A stretch of 63,142 nt of DNA, counting the filler, from Hausera hauseri (Eukaryota): NCBI GenBank assembly GCA_046269625.1. It is 10 parts of 10 records of this genome, joined end to end, with 100 filler letters (N's around TTAATTAATTAA, not from the genome) between each part and the next. Parts side by side here need not be neighbours in the genome. Positions count along the whole stretch, not along the records: positions 25,403 to 32,737 come from JBJURY010021896.1; positions 32,838 to 37,070 come from JBJURY010685661.1; 8 more parts are not named here. One strand, written 5' to 3'. Under the pieces are notes generated by a model that was given only the letters and a program-made list of their open reading frames with translations, had not been told where the DNA came from and ran no database searches. Shown here in pieces: positions 26,101 through 37,070 of the stretch; position 1 is the stretch's first letter; every line of letters starts with the position of its first letter. Made by a program: the position numbers and the translations under genes.

Positions 26101-26553
26101 ATGAAGTTTAATTTTGAGGTAAAGCCAATGCCGTAGTCGCGTATGATTTTACCATATATTTCCAGTTTTCAACAGTTCTTGGTGCCGCGTATCAAAATGG
26201 AAATATATCATTTTGCTCCGATAATGAATCCGTTTTGAGTCCGGTTGGAAATAATGTAAGCATAATTCGTTTACAACGGTAATAGATTGTTTAACAATAA
26301 TGTCAATTTACAGAGACGAAGCTAACACATTGGAAGTTAATAGTTCATACAATATTGAATTTGTCGCTATATCACCAAAACAACCAATTGCTGTTTTTGA
26401 CAATGAAAGTAATAATTGACATATTGATAAACCTAATCTTCCAATAATTTTAGAGGGTAATGCGTATGTGTTGTCGTTAATTACTGGATTTCTCATCAAT
26501 ACACATGATTTTCGACGACCAATTAATCACATTTGCTTTAGTCCAAATGGAAA
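26101..26553 (+). CDS. PWP2: PWP2 (WD40 ribosome-biogenesis factor), first four exons only
   Basis: MKFNFE|FSTVLGAAYQNGNISF..SVLSPVGNNVS|..NTLEVNSSYNIEFVAISP|..GNAYVLSLI..INHICFSPNGK resembles the PWP2 N-terminus (MKFAYRFSNLLGTVYRRGNLNF..ISPVGNRV..SFSPDGR). Introns are short GT-AG. Confidence 0.85.
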
Positions 26554-27848
26554 GTGAGTTTGTTATGTGTCAAATTTTGGTGACGAACTTTGTTTTAAAG
26601 GTTTATCAGGTAATATTAGTTAGATTTTTACAGTATTTTGCTTTTATTGAAAATATTTAGAAATATATCAAGTGATTTGAAATGCGTTTTAGCACTGAAT
26701 GGCGATACGATTTTTGATGCAGTTAAGTTTGAAGTTTATATCTTAATTGATAATCCATGTTTAAGGACATTAAACTTAAAAAGTCACCTCATTCGATTTT
26801 TAAAACGTCAATAAAAGATGAGTTTGGAGCTCAGTATAGACTTCAACAAGTTAGTTAATGCTTTTTTTAATAAAATTAGCACCGTTCAATGTTAGATACA
26901 GGATTGTCATAATTACGTTTGTTGTGCGATCAGATTAATAGAACGAGTTTCTGTTTATTCGACGTTAAATATTTTTGCTCATGGTGCCGTGAACGTTAAC
27001 TGATTTATTTTTTGTCACCCTATATTTGTAAGTGTCAGAAGGCGGTTGTGGAATTGATGCTTTTTTGCGGGGGGAGGGCATTATTTGAATGCGTCTGTAG
27101 TAGGCAATAATAGCATTAACTAGCATATGAGTGTTCACTAAATATGGTTGTATTAACATATGTTTTCTTGCAGAATTATTTTTACAAATTTTAAGAATCT
27201 GTTATTTTGAAGTAAAGTGAGCTAGACGACGAAAATAATAAGTGATATTGTTGAAACCGGGACTTGAAAATTTTGGTATTAGATATACAGTGCAGAATTA
27301 TTGCTAATTGCAAATTTCTGAAATGTACATTGTGATCGGCAAAATTCAACCTAACAAAATTGCCTACCATCTGTAATTTTTTAAGCTTTAGTAACCCTCA
27401 TTTATTATTTAACCCAAATGATTTGGTTTTTTTTTTGCTCATCACCCGGTTAATTTACAAATGGCCAGTGAATATTAAAAAGTGAAATGAAAATTTACAA
27501 TTAACATTTGTTTTAATTTACTTCATAAATATTCAAATTTAATTTCAGTAAATAATCAATCGTCGTGCAACTTGCAGCAATGTTAGTCATGTGTGTCTGT
27601 TATTGTTGAGTTTGAAATTGACCCGAATGTAGTTACACATATAGGATTTAGAGTGTGTGTATGACAATTACATACTCTAATTTAACTATACTATAGTCTA
27701 TTACGTTTGTTAGTCCATGATTTAATTCGAAATGAAATTCATTACTTTAGAATTTTTTTAATTTTTTCAAAGATTAAATTAATTTTGTTCGAGGTAGTTT
27801 GTAAGGAATTGAAATTATGATAATTGTTATCACTAATATTTTAGTGAA

Positions 27849-30700
27849 ATGGCATCATCTGAATTTGTCGACAGTGTCATGCAGACATTGAGAGGATTCT
27901 GTCTGAACAACAACACCAATGCAGCAATTGACGGAGTGGACTCATCCAACAACAAATCTTCAGTGTTGTCACCCGACGAGGATAATATTGAAACCGCTGT
28001 AAGATACTTGTGGACCAGATTTGACATCAAAATTTAATTTAGGAAAAATTACGTGCATTCAATTTATTGCCGACATTGGCGACCACTCTCTGTCCAGAAA
28101 ATACGCGGAATAAATTGATTCCAATTTTGGAATGTTAGTTTTTGGCGAAATATTGTTGAGGAATTATTGGTAAATTGCAGCACTGATCACAACTGCAGTA
28201 GAAAATGGCGACGACGAAGCACTGATGATAATTGCACAGAAATTGGGTGATTTCGTCTCTCTTGTCGGTGGAGGAGTTCATGCAAATTGTTTATTGGTAC
28301 TTGATTATGGTTTCTGTTTTGTGAACATTTCCATGTTTAGCCTTTGTTGGCAAGGATTGTCTGTTGTGTGGAGGAAATTGTTGTCGTCCAGGCAGCATGT
28401 GATTCTCTGGTTAGGATTATTCCCAAATTGGATGGGGCTATTATTGACACGAATTGTCTGCAGTTGGTGAGAAATGTTTTTGCTGGTGAGTTGAGTTTGT
28501 CTATTGCTGTTTGCGTGTTTATTCACCTTCCTACCGTCTATGACATTTATATTAGACGATCTCTACTGTGCATCAAGGAAGGCCGGAGTCCGACTTATTC
28601 CGGTTCTTTATAAACGGGCAAATGCTGAATCACAGGCTGAACTGAAGAAGTATGAAGGGAAATATTTGATTTTATTATTTATGTACACAACAGTCGTTTG
28701 TTACATCTGTGTATGGCCGATGATGAAATTCCACTTATACGTGCAGCAGCAGTTGAACAATTAGTGGAATTGAATCAGGCAGCTGGGGGACCAGAAATGA
28801 AGGGGGAATTAGTGAAGACATTGACGAGGTGAATAGAGAATAACTGTGAAAATAAAATTGTCATATTTCATTTTGTAGTTTGGTGTCGGATAATCAGCGA
28901 ATTGTGAGGGCAGCTGTTGTCAAACCGACTCTGGAATTGGCACGGAATATTGATGCCGGTGAATTTGATACACTGTTAATGCCATTGCTGGAGAAATTGA
29001 GTGAGGACACAAACAGAGACACGAGACGGGCGTTGGCAACGGTTATTAGCGAATTCCAACGTGTGGCTCATCGATACGGGAAATCATTGCATACGTTATT
29101 GATCAAATTGATGGAGGATAATGAAATAGACTCACGTAAAATTGTTGCCGGACAGTTGAAAGGTACGTCAATTGATTGATTGTTGTCATTAATGATCGGT
29201 TGTAGAATTTTGTTCGGTTTGTTCAACACAAATAGTCACGGATTCGCTGTTGCCGAAAATTCGCGAACATCTCAATTTGGAAAGGGAAGATCGGGTTAAG
29301 GCAGAATTAGTCAAATCTGTCGTCATGATGATACCCAGCTTCAAACGCGAGGATTCATTGCCACTCGTGCAGCATGTTCTGTCTTTCTTGAATGACTCCA
29401 GTTCACAGGTATATGACATTATTGTTTATTTGATAGTCTTGGGGGGTTGGTGAAGAAGTTGATTAATGGAGGGTGGGTTGGTAAAGAAGTTGATTAATGG
29501 AGGGTGGGTTGGTGAAGAAGTTGATTAATGGAGGGTGGTTGGTGAAGAAGTTGATTAATGGAGGGTGGGTTGGTGAAGAAGTTGATTAATGGAGGGTGGG
29601 TTGGTGAAGAAGTTGATTAATGGAGGGTGGAGTTAGTAAATAAGTTTGTTATGCAGTAAAATTATGGTTATCATCAGCGAATGTGAGAAAACGACAGGTA
29701 ATGGGATAAACGTCATCAGTATTTTGAGTTTTATATGATACTAAGATTGTCATGACTTCGTTTACATCGTTCTGTTTCGTATCGTAACGACTGAATATGT
29801 AGACTAAACAATACGTATTCGAACATTTCCAAGGTCTCATTGGACTTGTATCACCAAGCGAACTCCAATTGACCATTATACCAAGTCTCGTAAAATTATT
29901 TTCGGACAAAAACTGGCGTATTCGATCTGGTGTGGTAAACAGTATTATGTTGATCGTACCAGTTGTCGTAAGTTTCCATGACAAATGTAACTAGTTGACT
30001 GTCTGTGGTGACATAGGATGAACCCTGTTGTCGAGATTTGTTGATGCCGACTGTCCTCACTTGGATACGTGACCCTGTTTGGGACATTCGTCAGGGTTCA
30101 TGTGAAATTATCGGTGCCATCACAGCTCGTTTCCCATCGCTGTTAGCGGATAAATTGGCCAAATCGCCGATACTCAAAGAGCTGCATGAAGATACGAACT
30201 ACCATTTCAGACAGTGCTGGTGTTTTCTCATTGAAGCCACATGCAAAGCCCACCAGAAACGTAACGGCACTGGATCAGCCGACCTGTTGTGTGCATTCAT
30301 GTCAGCCAATGCCAATGACGTGTTGATGACGATGATTGAGAAAGATCCTGTACCGAACGTCCAGTTGACTGCCGTCAGGAGTGTCAATGAATTGTCGGAC
30401 TTTTTGGACAAGAAGTAAATTTCAATGTCTGGCATTTTGAGTGTCGTGTTCGTTTTCAGTTTTGTCACGAAACAGTTGCAGCCAGCCTTGAAGAAATTGG
30501 CTAGTTCGTCAATTGATATTGATGTTCGGTATTTCTCAGACATAGCTGTGAAATGTAAGTAATGGTGATTGTGGTGATGGATGTGTGTACAATGTCCGGT
30601 TGGTCCGTCTAAATTATGCATTGTTGTAGGGGACGCGATGGAGCGGATGAGTGGGGATGTGGGGCGTTTTAACAAAATGAGAACTTGTACAAACAAATGA
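27849..30700 (+). CDS. PPP2R1A: PP2A scaffold (A/PR65) subunit-like HEAT-repeat protein, multi-exon, apparently complete
   Basis: TRNKLIPIL; DDEALMIIAQKLGDFVSLVGG..ANCLLPLL..VEEIVV; DKNWRIR; TWIRDPVWDIRQ; DTNYHFR; DPVPNVQL; DIDVRYFS are colinear with PR65. Introns are mostly ~45-60 bp. TGA stop ends at 30700. Confidence 0.88.
29444..29630. repeat. Intronic 31-bp minisatellite, six copies
   Basis: Unit gggttggtgaagaagttgattaatggagggt repeated six times; one copy is 30 bp and one has a substitution. Confidence 0.95.
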
Positions 30701-31022
30701 TATTTTCATAAATTCTACTTGTAAAACTGGCATCAGTGAAGTATGGAGAGAAAATGAGTCGGTTTAAAAAATACTGACATTTTCAGTTGATGTTTATAAA
30801 TTAATGAAATTGTTTTATCTTGTTGTTAAACAATTGTCACATAAAGATAAAACGAACGAGAAAAAAGATTCGAGCAAAGAAGAAAACGAAATCATGTTAA
30901 TCATTGAAACAAATTCCAATGACACGACGTTTGAGACAAGGAAACAAAGCAGATATTCCTGAAGGCAATAAGAATTACAGAATCAATCAAAGACAAATGA
31001 AACTGGCCGAGAAATCCAAAAT

Positions 31023-31160
31023 AACCCATTTCAAGCCTTTAAATGTAAGAGCATTTCGCACTTGTTGAAATCTCCAACGAGAAAAGGAACGAAAATGTTG
31101 GGCAAATTGAAAATTTGAACAAGTGCGAAATGCTGTTACATTTAAAGGTTCAAAATGCGT
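31023..31160. repeat. Imperfect inverted repeat (~45-48 bp arms), MITE/hairpin-like
   Basis: catttcaagcctttaaatgtaagagcatttcgcacttgttgaaat (31027-31071) pairs with atttgaacaagtgcgaaatgctgttacatttaaaggttcaaaatg (31113-31157). Confidence 0.85.
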
Positions 31161-31249
31161 TGGTTTGGCTTTTAATAATCGCCCATACTACAATAATGCT
31201 TAAATAAAACATTTTTTATCAATTTTGATTCTAATCGATATATAAATTG

Positions 31250-32440
31250 ATGCCTGAAACGTTTGAATAATGAAGACCAACAAAGATAGACGCAATTGAT
31301 GATTATAAAGCCGCTGGAATAAATCACAAACGGCAAAGAAATTCAAGATAGACAGGAAAATGCTAACAGAATGACTTGCATTAAAAGAATCTATTTCGCA
31401 ATGCAGGTCCAGACCGTTATCGTTTGGAAAGTGGTGGAAGACGGACGGTTTGCGTAGAATTGGATGACCTACTGCTCGAAAGAACTTCCAATGAACGACT
31501 TCAAAAAATAATTGTTCCTATGAAAATGACAACGCAGTGGACCAGAGATATCGCAAATTAGCCTGGCCATATCAAGTTTAAAGCATCAGTTGGGTGTTTG
31601 GATAAATTTCTTAAAAGAAATCAGCTAACCATGAGAAAATCAAACAGAATATGCAGACTTAGTGACCAAGAAGTTATTTGTGGCATTTTGTCAGAAAATA
31701 TTTATAATTTTGATGAAACGGCCATATTCATTGAAGATGATTCGTTTAAACCAATCGAGCATGTTTGTGGTGATCACATCCCCAAAATCCATTCAAGTCA
31801 AGAATGGCATCTTGAGATCAGTATAATTTATATGAAATCACATTATCCAGCAGTACAATGTTGGCTCAGAAAACGTTCCTGTTGTGGCGGCTGGACTATC
31901 CAGGTTGAGCATTATCAGCATTTGTGCTGCGTCAGCAGTTGGCACAAAACGGTGCTAGAATCCATATTTCAAAAGAAGCAAAAGAATATTTACAAAACGG
32001 CATATTTTATTTTGTGTTATTCCAGTCGGTTTGACGAGTCTTCTTCAAACATCACAACGGTTCCAATCTGGCAAAAACATCCCATCTGGATTTTCAGAAA
32101 TTTATGAACAAATTTTGATTTACGAACAACAAGCTAGAACATATATTGCTGCAAAACAACGGTGACGATACATGTTTTACGCAATACATAACAGATCACG
32201 TAAGATTAATACGTGTGAGTGATGTCTTGTGATCATTGAGTCTTTTTGACCGTATTTTTTCTTCATAAAATAAGGAAACAGAGAAGTGTCAAAAGAATTG
32301 AAAAAAATTTTACCAAAAAATAAAAAATAAAGCCTGAAAGGAATCGTAACAGATATTTTTAAAAATCTACAGGGTGTATTTTCCCGTAAACCAAAGTGGG
32401 GCACAACTGGCCGCGATGAACTTAAAGAAAAATGAAATGT
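31250..32440 (+). mobile_element. Decayed pogo/Tigger-like (CENP-B HTH + DDE) transposase
   Basis: NKSQTAKKFKIDRK (HTH), GGRR..ELDDLL, FKASVGCLDKFLKRNQLTMRK and ENIYNFDETAIF motifs. Heavily disrupted. Confidence 0.7.
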
Positions 32441-32953
32441 GTGGTTCAGGTTCGATTATTTATTATATGATGTGCATTTTACTGATATCTGTGTATTTTC
32501 AGCCAACTTTTATTCTGTTATAAAACGTAAAATATACATTCCTTTTTGGGGTGCCAGTAAGCATTAATAGATTTTACATTATTTCTTATGGAAATAGCTG
32601 ATGTCCTTCACGAACAACAAACTTCTTCGTTTATGAAAAGAAGCCTTTAAGAATGAATCAAGTTCGTGAACCGAGTCAGTAACACATGCACCGAGAATGT
32701 CATCCACATACGACATCGTTCTTCCAGCTCCCAGAATNNNNNNNNNNNNNNNNNNNNNNNNNNNNNNNNNNNNNNNNNNNNTTAATTAATTAANNNNNNN
32801 NNNNNNNNNNNNNNNNNNNNNNNNNNNNNNNNNNNNNTAAAGGGACATTTGGCATTCCAACGAATTGGTCTCCTCTTTAAACTCCAGACAAGATCAACAA
32901 ACCTTTCGGACTTGATAAATATATAAACAAAAACGCTTGCCATCTATATCTCG

Positions 32954-34108
32954 GTGGCAAAAGAAAGAGTCCAGCTGAAAAGCAAATCACTTTCTACCGG
33001 AATCACGGATACAATGGATATTACAGAAGCTACAACAATTCGTCTAGATCCTCGTCTATATACAAATGTCGATGTAACCCTTCGGATATATGATACACCC
33101 TGCCAAATAATATATGTAGAGGTAATAAAAAAGGAAAATATACCTCGAATAACTTACGAAATTGAAAAATATTTTACACCAAGGCCCAAAGAAACCGAAG
33201 TGGAAAAAGGCCTATCCTTTTTAAGGAGACCAATCCAATTTAAGTCAGAAATCGTAATTATGGCAATCAATTCGGTATATTTAATGACCCCTATTAGGAG
33301 CAAAGAAATGACATTAGTCGAAATAACCCTGATAGATATAGAGGGTAATATTATAAAGGATGAAATCCTAACCCCAAGAGAGAAAATAAACAACTACAAT
33401 ATCCATATTACTGGTCTAAAAGAAGCTGATATTGTGGGACAAAAAAATTCATATGAAGAAGAACCTCATTTACTGAAAGCAATATTTGGGAAAGTAATAG
33501 TTGGCATCGATGTATATCATATGCTTATAACCACTCTCAAATACGATTATAATTATTTTCTTGGCATCAGAGACCTATTGCATCATAAAGAAATTAATCC
33601 CCAATTGGAATATACTGCAAAACAGCTTCTCATGAAATATAATGATGGTGCATATCCTCAAAAGACAAAAGATAAGGCCTTAACCATTCTGAAGATTTAC
33701 AACACTATTTCAGAATATAAAAATGAACACTTTGAAAATGGTACCACGTCCATGGAAATCCAAAAACCAGAATTAACCAAACAAGCGCTTATCCAGACAG
33801 TGCCTATGCAGGCGGTATCCGCATGTTTAAAGACCCAACAAATATCATTCCAGTCGACAATTGATCAATTAATGCCAAATCGGTTAATGCCTAATGATCA
33901 ACCGATGTCAGCCTCGACTTCAACTATGAAAGATTGTTACATAGATCTAAAACCCTTAACACTAGCCAATTCTACGGAATCTATTTTTGTCGACCTCACA
34001 AAATCATGGAAAAAAAAGGAAAATCCCAAAATCAGAAACGATCACTTTAAAAAGGACGATGGCTTCACATCAAATCTGTCGATTATCAAGATTCAAATGG
34101 GACAATAG
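32954..34108 (+). CDS. Retroelement 3' accessory ORF with an inactive REXO4/ISG20-like DEDDh exonuclease fold
   Basis: IVIMAINSV..LVEITLIDIEGNIIKDEILTPREKINNYNIHITGL..FGKVIVGIDV..IRDL..TAKQLL..KALTILKIY parallels REX4 (VAMDCEMV..ARVSIVN..GN..D..VKP...V.DYRT..SGI..GRILVGH..RDT..L.K.LL..DARA.M.LY), but the catalytic acids are missing. The ORF ends 35 nt before a PPT. Confidence 0.72.
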   Translation: MAKERVQLKSKSLSTGITDTMDITEATTIRLDPRLYTNVDVTLRIYDTPCQIIYVEVIKKENIPRITYEIEKYFTPRPKETEVEKGLSFLRRPIQFKSEIVIMAINSVYLMTPIRSKEMTLVEITLIDIEGNIIKDEILTPREKINNYNIHITGLKEADIVGQKNSYEEEPHLLKAIFGKVIVGIDVYHMLITTLKYDYNYFLGIRDLLHHKEINPQLEYTAKQLLMKYNDGAYPQKTKDKALTILKIYNTISEYKNEHFENGTTSMEIQKPELTKQALIQTVPMQAVSACLKTQQISFQSTIDQLMPNRLMPNDQPMSASTSTMKDCYIDLKPLTLANSTESIFVDLTKSWKKKENPKIRNDHFKKDDGFTSNLSIIKIQMGQ

Positions 34109-34120
34109 AAGCCTACCCTC

Positions 34121-34154
34121 TGATGCTGAGGACAGCATCATCTAAGGAGGGAGG
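34121..34154 (+). promoter_or_regulatory. Hairpin plus polypurine tract
   Basis: TGATGCTG-AGGA-CAGCATCA perfect 8-bp stem, then AAGGAGGGAGG directly followed by TGT. Confidence 0.7.
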
Positions 34155-34865
34155 TGTCCAACACAATCAGTACGAGCTGAAATAAAGTAAATAATCGAGA
34201 AAAATAAACAGAATTGAATTACCTTACAATCACTGATCGATTAACAAATTGATTTTTGTTTTTTTTTGACTCTCCATAAATTGAAACTTGTTATTTCTCC
34301 TTCTTTGTAAATATAGTTTTATTTATTCGGTACAAATTGGTGATTGTAAAATTAGTACATATACTGATATGATTTATGTCAACCTACCACTACATAGGAT
34401 TAGAACTTTTGAACTGTTCGTACCGAAACTTTTATGTCGTACATAGATAATTGTGAGTAGCTTTATTTTTTTTGTTTCTTATCGTACTTTGATTTATACA
34501 TTTATTACCAATTAAAAGATTTATATTCGATTAATTTTCTTTTTAACAAATTTAAATAGATCATAATACAGTATTGAATAGGACAAATAGAATTCAACTT
34601 AAGGGCCCTGTTTGGTATACCGTCCCTTCAGGACGGTTGTCTAAAATCTACTAATTAAGGGGGAGTAACGTCGGTGTACCTCCTTACGAAGCTCACTCAC
34701 TACGACCAATTAAATAAAGTAGTATATAGATGTTGGCAAACCCACAGGTTGCTGATTACTGTTAAAGTAAGTTAAGCTTGAGACAAAGAGAGAACTCAAG
34801 CTTCTGAGTAAAGAGCATAAGTTTAAGGTCGTAAGACCAATAAACCTTAGACTATAAACTTATCA
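34155..34865 (+). repeat. Putative LTR between PPT and PBS (left boundary uncertain: 34155 or ~34664)
   Basis: TG follows the PPT at 34155 and CA at 34864-34865 precedes the PBS. The 3' part (cccacaggttg..aaactta[t/a]cact) is shared with 15495-15585 on the minus strand. Confidence 0.55.
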
Positions 34866-34866
34866 C

Positions 34867-34883
34867 TGGTGCCCCGAGTGAGG
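34867..34883 (+). promoter_or_regulatory. Primer-binding site complementary to the elongator tRNA-Met 3' end
   Basis: TGGTGCCCCGAGTGAGG is the reverse complement of CCTCACTCGGGGCACCA, the 3' end of invertebrate-type elongator tRNA-Met. It lies ~130 nt upstream of the gag ATG. Confidence 0.85.
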
Positions 34884-35013
34884 AGGCACACTGGCGTATA
34901 ACACGCGGTAGAGAGTTAACGCTACTAATACCATTTCAAGTACTGATTCGGCAAGGAGTAGTTCCAAATTAGACGAAGATTTCAATCCTCATATTACAAA
35001 TCAGAATTCCGAT

Positions 35014-37070
35014 ATGTCCTCAGGACTTGGACCAAGCTTAGGTAGTAACCTAAATAGCACAATCGTGCTATCTATGGACAAGTACGAAGCCAAACCGGAT
35101 CAAGATTATAGTGAGTTCATCATGCAAAATGAGATGTACTCAGAAAGTTTTAACTGGACAGATGAGCTCAGGATGAAGCGGCTCCCTCTTCACCTCAAGG
35201 GTATAGCACTTAGTGCTTATACACAAATCAAAGATGACGAAGACAAGGCTGATTGGGCTAGCCTTAAAGACGCCCTGGAAGAAAGACTCTTAGTAGACCC
35301 ATCAGAAAAAGGTCGAATCGGAGAGTTCAACAGGCAACGTCAAAGAAAAGGCGAAACCGTGCAAGAGTATGCATGTGCCCTTCAGAAGTTGGCTCAGAGA
35401 GCCTATGTAAATGATGATAAAAGGGAAGATGCCCTCCTGGCTCAGTTTTGTTACGGAGTTAACAAAGAAATCCAGAATTACATAATCATCGCCGATCCGA
35501 GTTCATATAAAGAAACCGTTAGCAAGGCTAAAAAAATTGAAATCAATTATGAAATACTCAAAAACATAAAGAAACATCTTAAAAGTGATGATAAAAAACC
35601 GAAAAATTTCCAACAAAAGAAAAATTTTCCTAAACCGTTTTATAAAACTCAAAATCAAACGGAACAACAGCAGAAGAAGTTTACATGGCAATAAGATCAA
35701 TCTCAAAAATCTGCGATGAGGAAACTAACAATTAATCAGAATGGACAACCATTATGCTTTGCATGTCAAAAATATGGGCATATGGCTCGTACCTGCCCTA
35801 ATCAAGGACAGTCAAGTCAAAAGAAAAAGAATGTCGATATAGTAGGTAATATATCTGACACGGATAATGAACACGAAACCACAGATACAGAACCAGAAGA
35901 AACGATTGAAAAGCTACAACAAAAGATCAGATCCAAATTAAAAGAAAGTAAAACCAATACGATAGAAGAGGAAGATAAGATAGCTGAATTAAAACAGCTA
36001 TACCTTGAATTAAAAGAGCAGCAAATCTGTGAGAGAAGACAGAAAATGAACGATGAAAGTTCAATTATTGCTCCTATTGGTAGACCCAAAAAGACTCCTG
36101 CATCAGGATCGGATGTTGAAAAGAAAAGGGTCAGAAAAAAAGATAAACCTTTGATACAGGAAGAAGAACTGAAGACTCCGGAACTTAACTTACCTTCTGG
36201 AAGTGAAAGTGAAAAAAGTGAATTTAGTGAAGAAAATAAACCCAAGGAGAAGATAAAGAGAATAAGGAAAAAGAAAATTAAGGAAAAATCCACAAGTTAC
36301 GAGTCTTCCGTTGATTTAGACCAGGATGGCCTAGAAATAGTTCGGAAAATATCCAGCTATGCCAACCAAGAACTAATCGATGGTAATCGATTTAGACAGG
36401 ATTTGTCTATGTTATTATTGCCAACAATTAGCCACCAACAATTTGCCAATTTATTGGATCTGTTATTAATATAATCGGCTGGTGCAAGTCCATACCAGAA
36501 TGTTGTACGATATATAATTTATCGGTACGCTAACAGAGTAAGGGCCATTGGAGAAAATCCTGAAGTAACGGTTACTCTCCAACAATATAATCAAGACTTC
36601 CATTTTCTTAGAATGAAATCGTCGGATACAATAACTATATTAAAACATAAAATTAACGAAATAAGCCAGCTTCAAGGAGAATTAGAGTTACGCTTCTATG
36701 GGCGATCATTAATGGACTATGAAACTCTATATGAGGTAGGTATTTGGAAAAATCGGTATAATCCCGTGTGTATTACTTATAGACAGTTTGAGCAAGAGAT
36801 AATCGATGAAATTATTACTGATGTTAGGCGAAAAGCAATACAAGAGGCCGAACATCAATATCAGGTGCAACCAGTAGAAGCCGGAGAGAATATACCTATC
36901 TCAGAACAAATACAAACGGATAAAAGAAATCGTGGAAGACCAAAAGGAACGACGAAACTCTATCAGTTGAAAGGCAGAAAAGCTAGAGATGATGAAGTTG
37001 TTCGAAGATTGTTAACAACGGAAGATGAATATGATGTAGATAATGTATCATTGGCAACATTACTACAAAC
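35014..37070 (+). pseudogene. Gag polyprotein: capsid-like domain, CCHC knuckle, charged linker, ubiquitin-like domain, AT-hook-like motifs
   Basis: ORFs 35014, 35716 and 36613 share one frame, split by two TAA codons. Motifs: RQRKGETVQEYA..QFCYGV (Gag), CFACQKYGHMARTC, PIGRPKK, UBL at 36559-36783 (VTVTLQ..RMKSSDTITILKHKI..LRFYGRSLMDYETLYEVGI) and KRNRGRPKG. Confidence 0.9.

Noticed and set aside
29444-29630. CRISPR-like 31-bp repeats
   Set aside because: The units are directly adjacent with no unique spacers, inside a eukaryotic intron.
35692-35694. Programmed readthrough stop before the CCHC knuckle
   Set aside because: A TAA lies at a similar place in the other copy, but the alignment needs indels and there is no CARYYA-type readthrough context.
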